Shown in pieces: positions 9,574 through 19,754 of a stretch of 64,000 nt of DNA; the stretch's first letter is position 1, and each line of letters begins with the position of its first letter. Source of the stretch: a candidate division WWE3 bacterium RAAC2_WWE3_1 (GTDB taxonomy: Bacteria; Patescibacteriota; WWE3; UBA101185; UBA10185); contig CP006914.1 in assembly GCA_000503835.1 (NCBI GenBank), positions 721,680 through 785,679 on the forward strand. The letters are read 5' to 3'. The position numbers and the translations under genes are program-made. The notes below the pieces were generated by a model. It was not told where the DNA came from, did not search any database, and worked only from the letters and a program-made list of their open reading frames with translations.

Positions 9574-10827
9574 ATGGTAAAAAAATCTAAAGAGCCCGAA
9601 GAAAAAAAAGGCAAGGGTGCGATAAGCGACGCAGTCATTTCACGTCTGGTAACCAAAGGAAAAAAGCAGGGTTTTCTGACATTGGACAACATACTTGAAC
9701 TGTTTCCACAAGCTGAGGAAGAGCTTGAAACATTGGATTTTCTTTACGAGAAACTTGTAGATGCAGGAGTTGATGTTTTCGACGTGACTTCTGAAAAAGA
9801 AGCCGAAAAGATTCACAAGTTCGAGGACATCGACCTTTCACAGATAAAACTTGATAAGACCGTGAGCTCCGACCCGGTAAGGATGTATCTGAGAGAAATT
9901 GGTAATTATAGTCTGCTTACATCTCTTGAAGAAGTAGATTTGGCAAAAAAGGCTGAGGTTTTGAGATACAAAAAGATAATTAAGGATCTGCAGCACGCCG
10001 GAAATAAAAAGCCCGGCCCTAAAGATATTTCCAAAGAAATGGGTCTTAAAGAAAGGGAAGTGAAGGAGATTGAGGCGTTTTCCCACGGTACTAATGACAG
10101 AGAAGGTGCGCGCGCTCACGAGATGCTGATAAAGGCTAATACCCGTCTTGTTGTTTCCATCGCGAAAAAGCATATGGGCAGGGGGCTTCAATTCTTAGAC
10201 CTTATTCAGGAAGGAAACATGGGTTTGATGAAAGCCGTTGATAAATTCGACTGGCGCCGGGGATTTAAATTTTCTACTTATGCTACCTGGTGGATTAGAC
10301 AAGCTATCACCCGAGCTATTGCAGACCAGGCCAAGACGATACGAGTTCCTGTTCACATGGTGGAAACAATCCACAAGTACAAAAAAATTGAGCGCGAACT
10401 GGAACAAAAATTTGAAAGGACGCCGACCCCCGAAGAAGTAGCCAAGGTCATGGGTATAGAGCCCGAGAAAGCTCACGATATCGTAAAGATCGCTCAGGAT
10501 GTTACCTCTCTCGAAACCCCGGTGGGCAAAGAGGAAGATACAAGGTTAAAAGAATTTATCGAGGACGAGACTACTTTATCTCCTTTCGAGGCCGCCAGTC
10601 GCGAGCTGTTAAAAGGACATATCGACGAAGTCTTGCAGTCCTTAAATCCGAGAGAAAGAAAAGTTTTGGAACTGAGGTTCGGGTTAAAAGACGGGCGTAC
10701 CCGCACACTTGAGGAAGTGGGAAAAGAGTTCGGTGTCACCCGCGAAAGAATACGACAAATAGAAGCCAAAGCATTGAGAAAACTCAGACATCCTTCCAGG
10801 AGCAAACGTCTTAGAGATTATCTTTAG
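9574..10827 (+). CDS. rpoD: RNA polymerase primary sigma factor
   Basis: [42 protein letters not shown] and TRERIRQIE; follows dnaG. Confidence 0.97.
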   Translation: MVKKSKEPEEKKGKGAISDAVISRLVTKGKKQGFLTLDNILELFPQAEEELETLDFLYEKLVDAGVDVFDVTSEKEAEKIHKFEDIDLSQIKLDKTVSSDPVRMYLREIGNYSLLTSLEEVDLAKKAEVLRYKKIIKDLQHAGNKKPGPKDISKEMGLKEREVKEIEAFSHGTNDREGARAHEMLIKANTRLVVSIAKKHMGRGLQFLDLIQEGNMGLMKAVDKFDWRRGFKFSTYATWWIRQAITRAIADQAKTIRVPVHMVETIHKYKKIERELEQKFERTPTPEEVAKVMGIEPEKAHDIVKIAQDVTSLETPVGKEEDTRLKEFIEDETTLSPFEAASRELLKGHIDEVLQSLNPRERKVLELRFGLKDGRTRTLEEVGKEFGVTRERIRQIEAKALRKLRHPSRSKRLRDYL

Positions 10828-12403
10828 GCTGTAAAAAGGGAATTACTTCCGAAATAGGTATAGTTTTCTTGTCTAAATTCCTGTATATAAACACGTCCGA
10901 TAACGGAATTAAATTCGGTTTTGACAATGTGAAATCCTTCACAAGCTCAAATTTTTCCGGGGAATTAAGAACCCGGACGAAACTATTCCACCTAAGATAA
11001 TATTCGGGAAATGCATCTTTGACTTCCGGGCGTTTGTGGTTTTCCAGGGGCCGCGAAGAAACTACAATGTAATCGTAGTAAGAAGGGTCTTTGGGATAGA
11101 AAAGTTCCGCATTTTTTGAAGCATAAACCTCGTACTGATAGACTTCGGCTACCGGCAATTTGTTCATCGGGTCTAATCCTTCCTCGGTGTAGACAAGCTT
11201 GGCCGAAAGTTCGGGTATGTTTTTCTGCATCCACAAATAGGCTTCGGACTTGGGTGTCCACTTTTGAAATTGAGTTAACAAAAGCGCGGGAAAATATAAA
11301 TAATATCCCAGTAGCGCAGCAGTTATAAAGTAGGCCGGTTTGAGGCCGAACTTCCCCCGTAATTCTTTTAGCCCCCGGACCGTGAAATATAGAACCATCG
11401 GCAAAACAGGAAGGAGCCACCTGTCCACTCTTCTTGATTGTAACGAGAAAAAGAGCAGGTAAATGAGAACGTTAAGTATGAGGAACAGATCGAATTTTAC
11501 TTTTCCTTTTGAAAATATTCCGAATCCGGATAGAACGGCAATCGCCGGGGTGACCATAAAACCTAATGCGTAAACGTATTTAAAATACCCGCGGTCGACG
11601 GAGTCGAAGACCAGACCCCCTTCTTTAAACATCATTTCGTATATCCTGAAAACGAAATCCTGAACAAAAATAAGAGCGAAAGGATTGGACAAAGCAAACA
11701 CACCCAAGGTTATGAACAGCAGAGCTGCCACGTTCCTGAATTGTCCCTTCTTATAAAAGATCCAGACGTAGAGCGGGAGGGTAATAAGAGCGGTGATTTT
11801 AGTGCCTACAGCCAGTCCCAGGAGCACCCCCGTTATTACTGTAAGAGCCGTATCGTTCTTTTCTTTTTCGGCATAAAGCAAAGAAGTAAGAAGGGACAAT
11901 GAGATCAGCAAGGTTAGGAGGACGTCGGCATTGATGTAATGGGCATGAACGATTAGTTTCCAGTTGAGCGCGAGCAGGAAATAGAGAGCCAGCGTAGGTT
12001 TTATGTCCTTCGTTTTTTTATAAAAAAGAAAAGAAACGACCGGGGCTATCAAAAAACTTAACAGCGCATTAAAGACCCTCATTGCCACGTAAAGGTCGTA
12101 TTTAGCGGCGGAAGTTCCCAGGATGTTGGAAATTTTGCTGAATCCCATGACGAAAAAAGTAAAAAGATATGAGGGAAATGTTCCATAAACGTAGGATACG
12201 GGAGTCAATTTATAGTAATCGCCCTCAGCAATTATCGACCTGAACTCGTAAGTGTATTTAATGGCAAGTTCCGCTATCTCGGGCTCGTCGGCGTAAAAAC
12301 TGTGGGGGAGACCGAACTCTATGTGCCACAATCGGAAAAATATTCCCGCTACGGTAATTAACGTAATAATTATGATGACAATTTTTTTATTTCTCATACA
12401 CAA
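10811..12403 (-). CDS. ArnT/PMT-like (GT-C) membrane glycosyltransferase
   Basis: GLPxxxxxDE motif after the first TM, GLAxxTK and RWLLP; many TMs. Confidence 0.7.
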   Translation of the reverse strand: MCMRNKKIVIIIITLITVAGIFFRLWHIEFGLPHSFYADEPEIAELAIKYTYEFRSIIAEGDYYKLTPVSYVYGTFPSYLFTFFVMGFSKISNILGTSAAKYDLYVAMRVFNALLSFLIAPVVSFLFYKKTKDIKPTLALYFLLALNWKLIVHAHYINADVLLTLLISLSLLTSLLYAEKEKNDTALTVITGVLLGLAVGTKITALITLPLYVWIFYKKGQFRNVAALLFITLGVFALSNPFALIFVQDFVFRIYEMMFKEGGLVFDSVDRGYFKYVYALGFMVTPAIAVLSGFGIFSKGKVKFDLFLILNVLIYLLFFSLQSRRVDRWLLPVLPMVLYFTVRGLKELRGKFGLKPAYFITAALLGYYLYFPALLLTQFQKWTPKSEAYLWMQKNIPELSAKLVYTEEGLDPMNKLPVAEVYQYEVYASKNAELFYPKDPSYYDYIVVSSRPLENHKRPEVKDAFPEYYLRWNSFVRVLNSPEKFELVKDFTLSKPNLIPLSDVFIYRNLDKKTIPISEVIPFLQPKDNL

Positions 12404-12474
12404 GCTTATGCTGAGTATATCAAAATTTCCTTTGGGTTCTTCAATGACTGCTCAAATGAAGTATAATTTTTCAT

Positions 12475-13023
12475 ATGGATGAAGAAAAGAAAACGGCGGG
12501 CTGGACGATTGTAGGCATCCTCATTTCCGGTATTATCGTAGTTTTGTCTATGAGGTATTTCGACAGCTTGGAATTTATTCTCAAATCCACGGGACTGCTG
12601 GGGCCGATAATAAGTATCGGTTTATATGGTGTGTTCAGTGTTACACCCGTACCTACGGACTCGCTTACTGTAGTGAACGGTCTGGTGTTCGGAACTCTGG
12701 TCGGTACTGTTTTGGCTACGGTGGGGAACACCATCGCCGCGTTAGTGGAGTATTTCTTAGGTTTAAAGGTCAGGGATGTCACAGGCACGAAAGGTAAGAC
12801 TTTCACTATTCCGATAATAAAGAAAAAGTTTCCCGTAAACTCAGCCATGTTCCTGATATTCGGAAGGTTTTTACCGGGCTACGGCGGAAAAATAGTAAGT
12901 GTGGTCGGAGGTATGTATAAGGTTTCGTTTTGGAAATATACATGGACCGCCTTAGTAGCGAACTTTATCGGGGCGCTGATGTTTGCTTACGGGGGTAGTC
13001 TTTTGAGAACACTTTTATATTAA
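12475..13023 (+). CDS. DedA/VTT (TVP38/TMEM64) family membrane protein
   Basis: P.P...L....G.VFG...G and RFLPG motifs. Confidence 0.75.
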   Translation: MDEEKKTAGWTIVGILISGIIVVLSMRYFDSLEFILKSTGLLGPIISIGLYGVFSVTPVPTDSLTVVNGLVFGTLVGTVLATVGNTIAALVEYFLGLKVRDVTGTKGKTFTIPIIKKKFPVNSAMFLIFGRFLPGYGGKIVSVVGGMYKVSFWKYTWTALVANFIGALMFAYGGSLLRTLLY

Positions 13024-13079
13024 CTATATTTACGATCTCCCGAGGTTGAATTAAAAAATTTATACTGGATAATTAGTTA

Positions 13080-14045
13080 ATGATGATCCTGCTCCGGGCT
13101 GTGGTGTATTTTTTCATGTTCTTTGTGTTGTGGCTGGGTTCCGGTTTGATAATTTCAGCAGTTGAAAAAGCCTCAAAAGTATTAAAGATATCAACTTTCG
13201 CTCTGTCCTTTTTTGTACTGGGTCTGCTGACGTCCATACCGGAGATTGCGGTAGGAGTGACGTCGGTTGTAGAGAACGATCCCCGGATTTTCGTCGGTAA
13301 TCTTCTCGGCGGGGTGATAGTCATTTTTCTGTTAATAATTCCCGTTCTGGCGATATTAGGTAATGGCATAAATCTTAACCATCGTATGGACAAAAAGGGA
13401 TTGTTAGCCGCGATGATAGTCAGTGTTGCGCCGGCGCTGTTGGTAGCCGATAAAAGGGTCGGAATGTTCGAGGCGGTACTTATGATCCTTCTCTATATTT
13501 CAACTTTGTATATTGTTCAGAGAAAGCAGAGTCTTGTGGAGAAAATCGAAACCATTCAAACCTCGTTAAAGACCGACGGGAGAACGCACATTCAAAACAT
13601 ACTAAAAATATTGGTCGGATTAGTTATAGTCTTTTTCGGAAGCGAGTATATTGTGAAAGAAACGTTAGCGTTCTCTGAAATTATAAAGGTGTCCCCGTTC
13701 TTGTTGAGCATTTTGGTACTGTCCATCGGAACAAACCTTCCCGAACTTTTTCTTGCCGTAAGAGGCATAAGGAAAAACAAGAAAGATGTAGCCTTCGGAG
13801 ATTACATAGGGTCGGCGTCTGCGAACACCCTGATATTTGGAGGGCTGGTATTTATGAATGGCGGAACAGTTACCCTTACAAATAATTTCATGCAGAGCTT
13901 GATATTTATTATTATCGCTCTGACCTGTTTCTATTTTTTCGCGAGGTCAAAAAGCACAATCTCGAGAAAAGAAGGCATAGTTCTTGTGCTGATATACATT
14001 TGTTTTGTAGCGCTTGAGTTCTGGGCGGCGTCTAACGGAAAATAA
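13080..14045 (+). CDS. Sodium/calcium exchanger family protein
   Basis: Two alpha-repeats: TSIPE...GNLLG and GTNLPE...GDYIGS. Confidence 0.9.
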   Translation: MMILLRAVVYFFMFFVLWLGSGLIISAVEKASKVLKISTFALSFFVLGLLTSIPEIAVGVTSVVENDPRIFVGNLLGGVIVIFLLIIPVLAILGNGINLNHRMDKKGLLAAMIVSVAPALLVADKRVGMFEAVLMILLYISTLYIVQRKQSLVEKIETIQTSLKTDGRTHIQNILKILVGLVIVFFGSEYIVKETLAFSEIIKVSPFLLSILVLSIGTNLPELFLAVRGIRKNKKDVAFGDYIGSASANTLIFGGLVFMNGGTVTLTNNFMQSLIFIIIALTCFYFFARSKSTISRKEGIVLVLIYICFVALEFWAASNGK

Positions 14046-14065
14046 ACAAGAACGCCGGCTTAGAG

Positions 14066-14368
14066 TTAAGCCTTTTTCTTATCCAACTTGTCCAGCTTTA
14101 GAACTTTCACGCCTGTATATACGACGAGTGCGATTACGACGAAGTCGATAAGGACATTCAAAAAACTGCCCCACATTATTTTTGCCGAACCCACCTGAAG
14201 ATAAGCACCCTGAAGGTTCTCGATGTTTTTCAACGCCAGTGCCAGCAGCGGGCTGATGATGTCTCCTACCAGGGAAGCTACCAGTTTGGACACCGCACCG
14301 CCTAAAATAAACCCGACCGCTAATCCCACGACACCTTGTTCTCTTACAAAATCCAAAAATCCTTTCAC
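14066..14368 (-). CDS. mscL: Large-conductance mechanosensitive channel
   Basis: F.DF.....VVGLAVGFILGGA...LV.SLV.DII.P and WGSFL...IDF motifs. Confidence 0.9.
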   Translation of the reverse strand: MKGFLDFVREQGVVGLAVGFILGGAVSKLVASLVGDIISPLLALALKNIENLQGAYLQVGSAKIMWGSFLNVLIDFVVIALVVYTGVKVLKLDKLDKKKA

Positions 14369-14489
14369 GGAAGATCACCTCCTAATCGGAACTTTACTGT
14401 TCTCAGTATATCAACTGTCTCTAAAATAAAAAAAGGCACCGGAGACAGGAATGAACCTTATCTGAGGTGCCTTGCGTAAATGTTACTCA

Positions 14490-15482
14490 CTACCTTTTAG
14501 GAAAGTTCAACTTAAGTTGACGCGGTTTCACGGGCAGTATCCGGGGCCAGACCTTCACTTCTCCGCCTGATTCTATCCCGTCGGTCGGTTCCGTGGTCAT
14601 TAACGGACGGTCGGGGTTGAGCGCGCCGCATTCCTTAAAGAAATCGCATCTTTTGCAGTGGCGTCCGAAGTGCGGAGGATACGATTCATCTTTTATACCG
14701 TTCACTATGTATCCCATGATTTCCAGGAACGTTCCAAAATCGTTCTTATTCCTATACGTCATGAAGGCTTTACCGTCTCTTAGGTGATACCAGTAAAAGG
14801 CTACCGGCAATTTTTTATACACCTGATAGTAGAGCCAGTAATACGCGGTTACCTGAAGGTCTTCATGCAGTTCGAATTGGTGCGCCGCCAGGGCAAGATC
14901 GCTGATGTTGGGGTCGAACCTGCGTGGATCATAGGATTCTTTTCCGGTCTTAAGATCGATGATAGCGACAGGATCGTACCCTTCCTTCAATCTTCCGTTG
15001 ACGATTAGTTCGGGCCTGATTTTTGCTATCGATTCCGTCGGCATCATTCTTATTTGGTCGACGATACCGACAAACATCACTCTTGGAAATAACGGGACTT
15101 CGTATCTTTTTTCAACATACAGGGGAGCGGGTTTATCGATATTCTGCTTCCAGTAGTTGTTGATACAGAACCACCCGTCTCTTCCGTAGTCACTGCTTTT
15201 TTCATTAGACCGGACAATTAGTGTGTCGGCATTTTCTTCAAGTGCCCTTTTCCAGGTCCAAAACCAGGCTCTTCGTGCGTTGTCTATGTTTTGGTAATAG
15301 AGCGGGTTGCGGTTTGACTTGTGCATTTTAGCCACGAATTGATGGACCGTGTGACCCATAAGCCTCGGACAGTCGGTTTTTCCCGGCAGTCCTAAAATGT
15401 GAGGGAACCAGTAGCTTCGGGGACAGTCCAGATAAGACCCGCCCGAGCTTTTACTCAGCCGCAGAGACCATTTTCCGGCCAT
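14490..15482 (-). CDS. PD-(D/E)XK nuclease, RecB/AddB/Cas4-like, with four Cys
   Basis: Start re-called at MAGKW, downstream of a GGAGGAG RBS; LSxS...CP, GIVD, IIDLKTG, QxxxY and CxxCxxxxxC. Confidence 0.85.
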   Translation of the reverse strand: MAGKWSLRLSKSSGGSYLDCPRSYWFPHILGLPGKTDCPRLMGHTVHQFVAKMHKSNRNPLYYQNIDNARRAWFWTWKRALEENADTLIVRSNEKSSDYGRDGWFCINNYWKQNIDKPAPLYVEKRYEVPLFPRVMFVGIVDQIRMMPTESIAKIRPELIVNGRLKEGYDPVAIIDLKTGKESYDPRRFDPNISDLALAAHQFELHEDLQVTAYYWLYYQVYKKLPVAFYWYHLRDGKAFMTYRNKNDFGTFLEIMGYIVNGIKDESYPPHFGRHCKRCDFFKECGALNPDRPLMTTEPTDGIESGGEVKVWPRILPVKPRQLKLNFPKR

Positions 15483-15670
15483 TTCTCCTCCTTTTCTCTT
15501 AGGTTGTGAAAGTGCTGATTTACGCCATTTATTGATAGGCGTGGGTAGTTGGCTAATAATATAACATTTTAGGGCAAATTTTTCGCTTTTCGGGACGGAT
15601 GGAACACGGTGTAAATTTCCAATACAATGATGTAGACCGAGGAAAGCTGCCGGATTTTTCATAGGAAGTT

Positions 15671-17404
15671 ATGTCAAAAATTACAAAAAGCCAGAAAAAA
15701 TTCCTAAAAAACGCATACAAAAATACACCTCTCGGGGAGCTTTCAAAAAAGACCGGCATCCCCCGGGAAGAAGTTTTGTCCTACATAAAAAAATCCGGAA
15801 AAAACCCGGATAAAATTATCGGGAACGAAAGTGAAAACAAAGTTAAGTCTTTTTCTGAAATTTTATTGGTTCTTAAGGAAAGCAAATGGGTAGTATTGGG
15901 ACTTTTTATTTTGGTTTCGGCATTATACTTCAATTCTTTAAAAGGACAGTTCGTGGCCGATGACATTTTGGGGTTTCGTGACAACCCGCAGGTTAAAAAT
16001 CTCGCCGTTTCTTTTCGTTCGATGAGAGCTCAGGCGATTGTTTATGCGTTGTCATATAAATTTTTCGGATTAAGTCCGGTGCCCCTCCACGCAGCCTCAA
16101 TTTTGTACCATTTAATAAACTCGCTCCTGGTCCTTATTTTGGGAACTTTGTTGTTTGGAAGGAAGATCGGGACTTTGGCGGCCTTTTTATTCGCGGCATT
16201 CCCCGTTAATACCGAGGCTGTTTCCTGGATCTCGGCATCGAACTATTCTTTAGAAACATCGACCTTTTTGGTAATGGCTATTCTTTATGTTTTTTACAAA
16301 TCTTCGGGAAGAAAAACTTATTTATCCGGGGCAATTGCGGCAAATGCTTTCGCAATATTTATCGTGGGAAGCAATTTCGTTATTTCCTTCGTGCCCCTGA
16401 TATTTTTAATCGACAGGTTCTTTATAGAAAAGAAAAGTTTCGTAAGTTCGCTGAAAAACGTTGCGTTCCTTATTCCTTTAACGGTAGTAAATTTTTTGTA
16501 CAAATACGGACAGTACAATAACAGGGTCTCGTACCTGTCCGGTTCGGCCGAAGCCAATGTTGAAGCCGCAATGCCTTATTTTTTGAGGTTTCCTTATACA
16601 CTTTACTCGAACCTCAGGCTGCTCGTTTTTCCCGATAATCTTTCGATTTTTCACGAAGGAGACGTAATAACGGACACGGGTTTTCTGTTAATGTGGCTCT
16701 TTACTTTAACGTTTTTCGGCGTGGCCTTTTTCCTGAAAAAAAGAAACGCGGAAATTGCGGGGCTTATGTTTTTTATACCCACAGCCTTGTTGTTAACTTT
16801 CAGCCCGGTGCTTATCTCAAGTTATTATGCCGAAAGGTACATGTATTTGGCTACGGTAGGATTTAGTATTCTCGCGGCCTCGCTTTTTGTAATGCTTGAA
16901 GAAAAAATTAGAATTAAACACCTGGCTGTAATTTGTGCCGTGTTCGTACTGGGTTTTTATTCATTCAGGGTTGTGACGAGAAATGTTGAGTGGTCCACTC
17001 CGGAAAAACTTTGGGTTTCAACGGCAAGAGAGGTTCCCAACAGCCCTCGGGCACACAAAGTGTTGGCCGACTATTACATTGAGAATAAAGATTTCGATAA
17101 TGCTGCAAAAGAATCTGAAATTGCTCTGAAGTTGAGGGACGGAGACTATCCGGGAGCGCGCAACAACCTTGGTTTAAGCTATTTAAGGATGGGGATGGCC
17201 GATAAAGCGGAAGAGCATTTTATAAATAATATCGAGAACTATCCTGATATGTGGCAATCCTACTTTAATATGTCGGAGATCGAAGTTAACAGAAATAATC
17301 TAAAGGGGGCGGTTTTTTATCTGGAAAAAGTCCTCGAACTGGACCAGGGAAATGATAGAGCCCGGTACATTTTAGGGAAAATAAAGGAAGGGTCGGGGTT
17401 ATAG
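15671..17404 (+). CDS. TMTC-like membrane glycosyltransferase with C-terminal TPRs
   Basis: FVADD, PVNTEAVSWIS and AERYMY motifs; TPR-like NNLG helices. Confidence 0.8.
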   Translation: MSKITKSQKKFLKNAYKNTPLGELSKKTGIPREEVLSYIKKSGKNPDKIIGNESENKVKSFSEILLVLKESKWVVLGLFILVSALYFNSLKGQFVADDILGFRDNPQVKNLAVSFRSMRAQAIVYALSYKFFGLSPVPLHAASILYHLINSLLVLILGTLLFGRKIGTLAAFLFAAFPVNTEAVSWISASNYSLETSTFLVMAILYVFYKSSGRKTYLSGAIAANAFAIFIVGSNFVISFVPLIFLIDRFFIEKKSFVSSLKNVAFLIPLTVVNFLYKYGQYNNRVSYLSGSAEANVEAAMPYFLRFPYTLYSNLRLLVFPDNLSIFHEGDVITDTGFLLMWLFTLTFFGVAFFLKKRNAEIAGLMFFIPTALLLTFSPVLISSYYAERYMYLATVGFSILAASLFVMLEEKIRIKHLAVICAVFVLGFYSFRVVTRNVEWSTPEKLWVSTAREVPNSPRAHKVLADYYIENKDFDNAAKESEIALKLRDGDYPGARNNLGLSYLRMGMADKAEEHFINNIENYPDMWQSYFNMSEIEVNRNNLKGAVFYLEKVLELDQGNDRARYILGKIKEGSGL

Positions 17405-17457
17405 GTCGAAAAAAAGCACCTGAGTTTTTTAAAACAGGTGCTCGGTGTCACTTACGA

Positions 17458-17841
17458 CTAGTTGGGATATTTTCCTCTCACAGTGTACTCCGCAATTTTT
17501 TTACAATCGGGAAAGGTCCTGAGAACAACCTCCTCTTTTTTATATTTTTTTGCGAATGTCCAAAGAGCGTAATGTTCAATCGGGGAAATATATTTCGGGT
17601 CCATGCTTAAATACAATTTGGACACGTGTTTCCATCTGGGGAAAGCCATTTCGCCCCTATGCATGTCCGCCAGAGACCCGATAATTAGGGTCGTGTTACC
17701 CGGGCCAAGGAAAATCTTCTTGAATTGGTCATAGCTCATAGGCGGGTTTCTCGGACGCTTAGACATAAAAATGTAGGTTAGTCCGGATCCAACAAGCGCT
17801 CCGGATACAAGACTAACGGCTAATTCCAGCCACAGATCCAT
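17458..17841 (-). CDS. Hypothetical protein with N-terminal TM
   Basis: AAGGAG RBS upstream and a terminator hairpin downstream (~17410-17442). Confidence 0.6.
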   Translation of the reverse strand: MDLWLELAVSLVSGALVGSGLTYIFMSKRPRNPPMSYDQFKKIFLGPGNTTLIIGSLADMHRGEMAFPRWKHVSKLYLSMDPKYISPIEHYALWTFAKKYKKEEVVLRTFPDCKKIAEYTVRGKYPN

Positions 17842-18046
17842 TTTTCACTCTCCTTTAAAATGTTCCGAACCCTTCAACTTATTGTTTGAGGAATCGGGGG
17901 ATTTGAACCTAACTTTGTGTGTGGGGATATTAGCACAAACCGGTGCGGTAGTAAACTATGGGATCATAGAGACACAACCAACCTCCGGACGTGAACCGTA
18001 GAGTAGTAAATAAAAACCTTTTCTCCCCGTTTAACCCGGATGGTAG

Positions 18047-18319
18047 TTACTTGACGAGCATCTTACGAACCGAGATAAATATGTATCCGACCACCCATGC
18101 AGTGATCACGGATGAGATAAGACCCAGTATGAATGACGACGCTGTCGTATCCCATGCTCCTGGTTTGACAAAATCAATGCTGTGGAACCAGGATCGAACG
18201 ATGGTAACTGAAACACCGGGGAACAGACCTACCAAGACTCTGCACAGAACATAAATTATTCCCGTCGTAAGAGCGAGGGTATTAGGGATGACCAAAAATT
18301 GGTTTTTCATTAACTTCAC
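18047..18319 (-). CDS. DUF5676-like small membrane protein
   Basis: Y.LC...V..FP......WFH pattern with two TM helices. Confidence 0.6.
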   Translation of the reverse strand: MKLMKNQFLVIPNTLALTTGIIYVLCRVLVGLFPGVSVTIVRSWFHSIDFVKPGAWDTTASSFILGLISSVITAWVVGYIFISVRKMLVK

Positions 18320-18356
18320 CCCCTTCGGTAAAACTTACTTCTTTAAACTCAGTCTA

Positions 18357-18587
18357 TCAAAACTTATTATCCGCTTCCATTTGTTTAGGCGGACATTTAC
18401 TGTCTGAGTACGAGCAAAAAACACAGCAATCCCCGTTTTTAGGCTCGAGCATTTCTCCGCAGTGAATACATTTGTAAAAATGCTGACAGGCATTTACGGG
18501 CATGGTAGCAGACTGGTCCCTGCCGCATTTGGGACAGGTCAGAACGGCGTCCGTTTTAATATGTGGCATATAATTAGTATAGCGCAT
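18357..18587 (-). CDS. GDCCVxC-domain Cys-rich protein
   Basis: CPKC...MPVNACQHFYKC..C...GDCCVFCSY...CPP. Confidence 0.9.
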   Translation of the reverse strand: MRYTNYMPHIKTDAVLTCPKCGRDQSATMPVNACQHFYKCIHCGEMLEPKNGDCCVFCSYSDSKCPPKQMEADNKF

Positions 18588-18794
18588 TTTAGCGTGTGTA
18601 CAGCGGGCGTATAAATCTCATCCGGGGTGCGGTCATTTTATAAGGACGGTTCGGCGATCTCAGAAATTCTGCACCCGATTTTTTTAAAGAAACCGCGTCC
18701 GTTTACAGCGAAGCGCTTACCGCGGTAAACAGGAAGCCGGAAGTTAGTAATTAGAAAAAGGAACGTCCCAACTTATAGAGTATATAAAGTTGTT

Positions 18795-19139
18795 TTATTC
18801 TCCGTCTTTTTTCCTTCTTCTTGATCCGTAGTAGATTAGTGTTTCTAAGGCTTCGGTTGCTATGTAACCCATAAAAGCGTATGCGATGAGCGCAAAAAGA
18901 GCGGAGAATTCAATAATAAAACCTTCCGGTAACTTCGGTGACGGAAACATGCCCTGAAACGGGTAGAGGAGCGGCTGGGTAGTTTCGTACATCCATGTAA
19001 CAAACGGAGCGGTTGTTGAGGCCCCGAAAAGTTTAAGAAGAATACGCAATCCTAAAAAACCCTCAATAACACTCAGTACAAAATTTATCAAAGATTCTAT
19101 GAGCCGGGGTATGTATGAATATACTCTATTCACTAACAC
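18795..19139 (-). CDS. YggT family membrane protein
   Basis: LGLRILLKLFGA...PFV.W.Y..T.PLL.PF.G.FP. Confidence 0.8.
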   Translation of the reverse strand: MLVNRVYSYIPRLIESLINFVLSVIEGFLGLRILLKLFGASTTAPFVTWMYETTQPLLYPFQGMFPSPKLPEGFIIEFSALFALIAYAFMGYIATEALETLIYYGSRRRKKDGE

Positions 19140-19247
19140 GCATTATAAGTGTAAATAATTGAGAAGTAAAATACGCATGCCGTAATTTAAGACACACCAT
19201 GCCTGTAGCTTCACAAGAACCGTGCTTACCGTTGTACCGCCACGGGC

Positions 19248-19346
19248 CTAGGTGAACAATAGTATCAGGCCGAGAACAAGCACAAGAACAATTATGATAG
19301 GATAACGGGCCACGAAACGTTTGATTGTTATTACTATCCCTGACAT
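19248..19346 (-). CDS. Small single-TM peptide (32 aa), not in the ORF track
   Basis: ATG..TAG frame reading MSGIVITIKRFVARYPIIIVLVLVLGLILLFT. Confidence 0.4.
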   Translation of the reverse strand: MSGIVITIKRFVARYPIIIVLVLVLGLILLFT

Positions 19347-19420
19347 TAATTGAATGATACCGCAAAAGGGTAAAACTTGTCTGCTCTTCTCACCCCTGTT
19401 TAATATTTTTTGGAAACCCC

Positions 19421-19464
19421 TTGACACAATCTTACTGAGCAGTTAATATATCTGAATATTCAGA
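19421..19464 (+). promoter_or_regulatory. Sigma70-type promoter with palindromic operator
   Basis: TTGACA-17-TAATAT followed by the perfect palindrome TCTGAATATTCAGA (19451-19464), upstream of the AbrB-like gene. Confidence 0.6.
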
Positions 19465-19502
19465 CGGGTCAGGACCGTCAGAATAATAAAAAGGATAAAA
19501 CA

Positions 19503-19754
19503 ATGAAAAAACAAAAATCAGACATTCTTAACTGCTGCAAAGTACAGGCAATTGTGCCGGTAGACGGTAGAGGACAAATGGTCTTGCCCAAAGAAATTAG
19601 GGAAAAAGCGGATATCAAAGCCGGAGATAAACTTGCAATCGTTACGGGAGAACAGAACGGACAGGTTTGTTTAATTGCCCTTATAAAGGCGGAACAGTTG
19701 GAAGAAACAGTTGAAAGCATGCTTAAGGTGTTGGGAGGGCAGACGCGAAAATAA
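19503..19754 (+). CDS. AbrB/MazE/SpoVT-family DNA-binding protein (HgcC-like)
   Basis: CCKVQAIVPVDGRGQMVLPKEIREKADIKAGDKL. Confidence 0.85.
   Translation: MKKQKSDILNCCKVQAIVPVDGRGQMVLPKEIREKADIKAGDKLAIVTGEQNGQVCLIALIKAEQLEETVESMLKVLGGQTRK

Noticed and set aside
15483-15662. N-terminal extension of the PD-(D/E)XK ORF
   Set aside because: A strong RBS precedes ATG 15482; the extension covers the promoter region.
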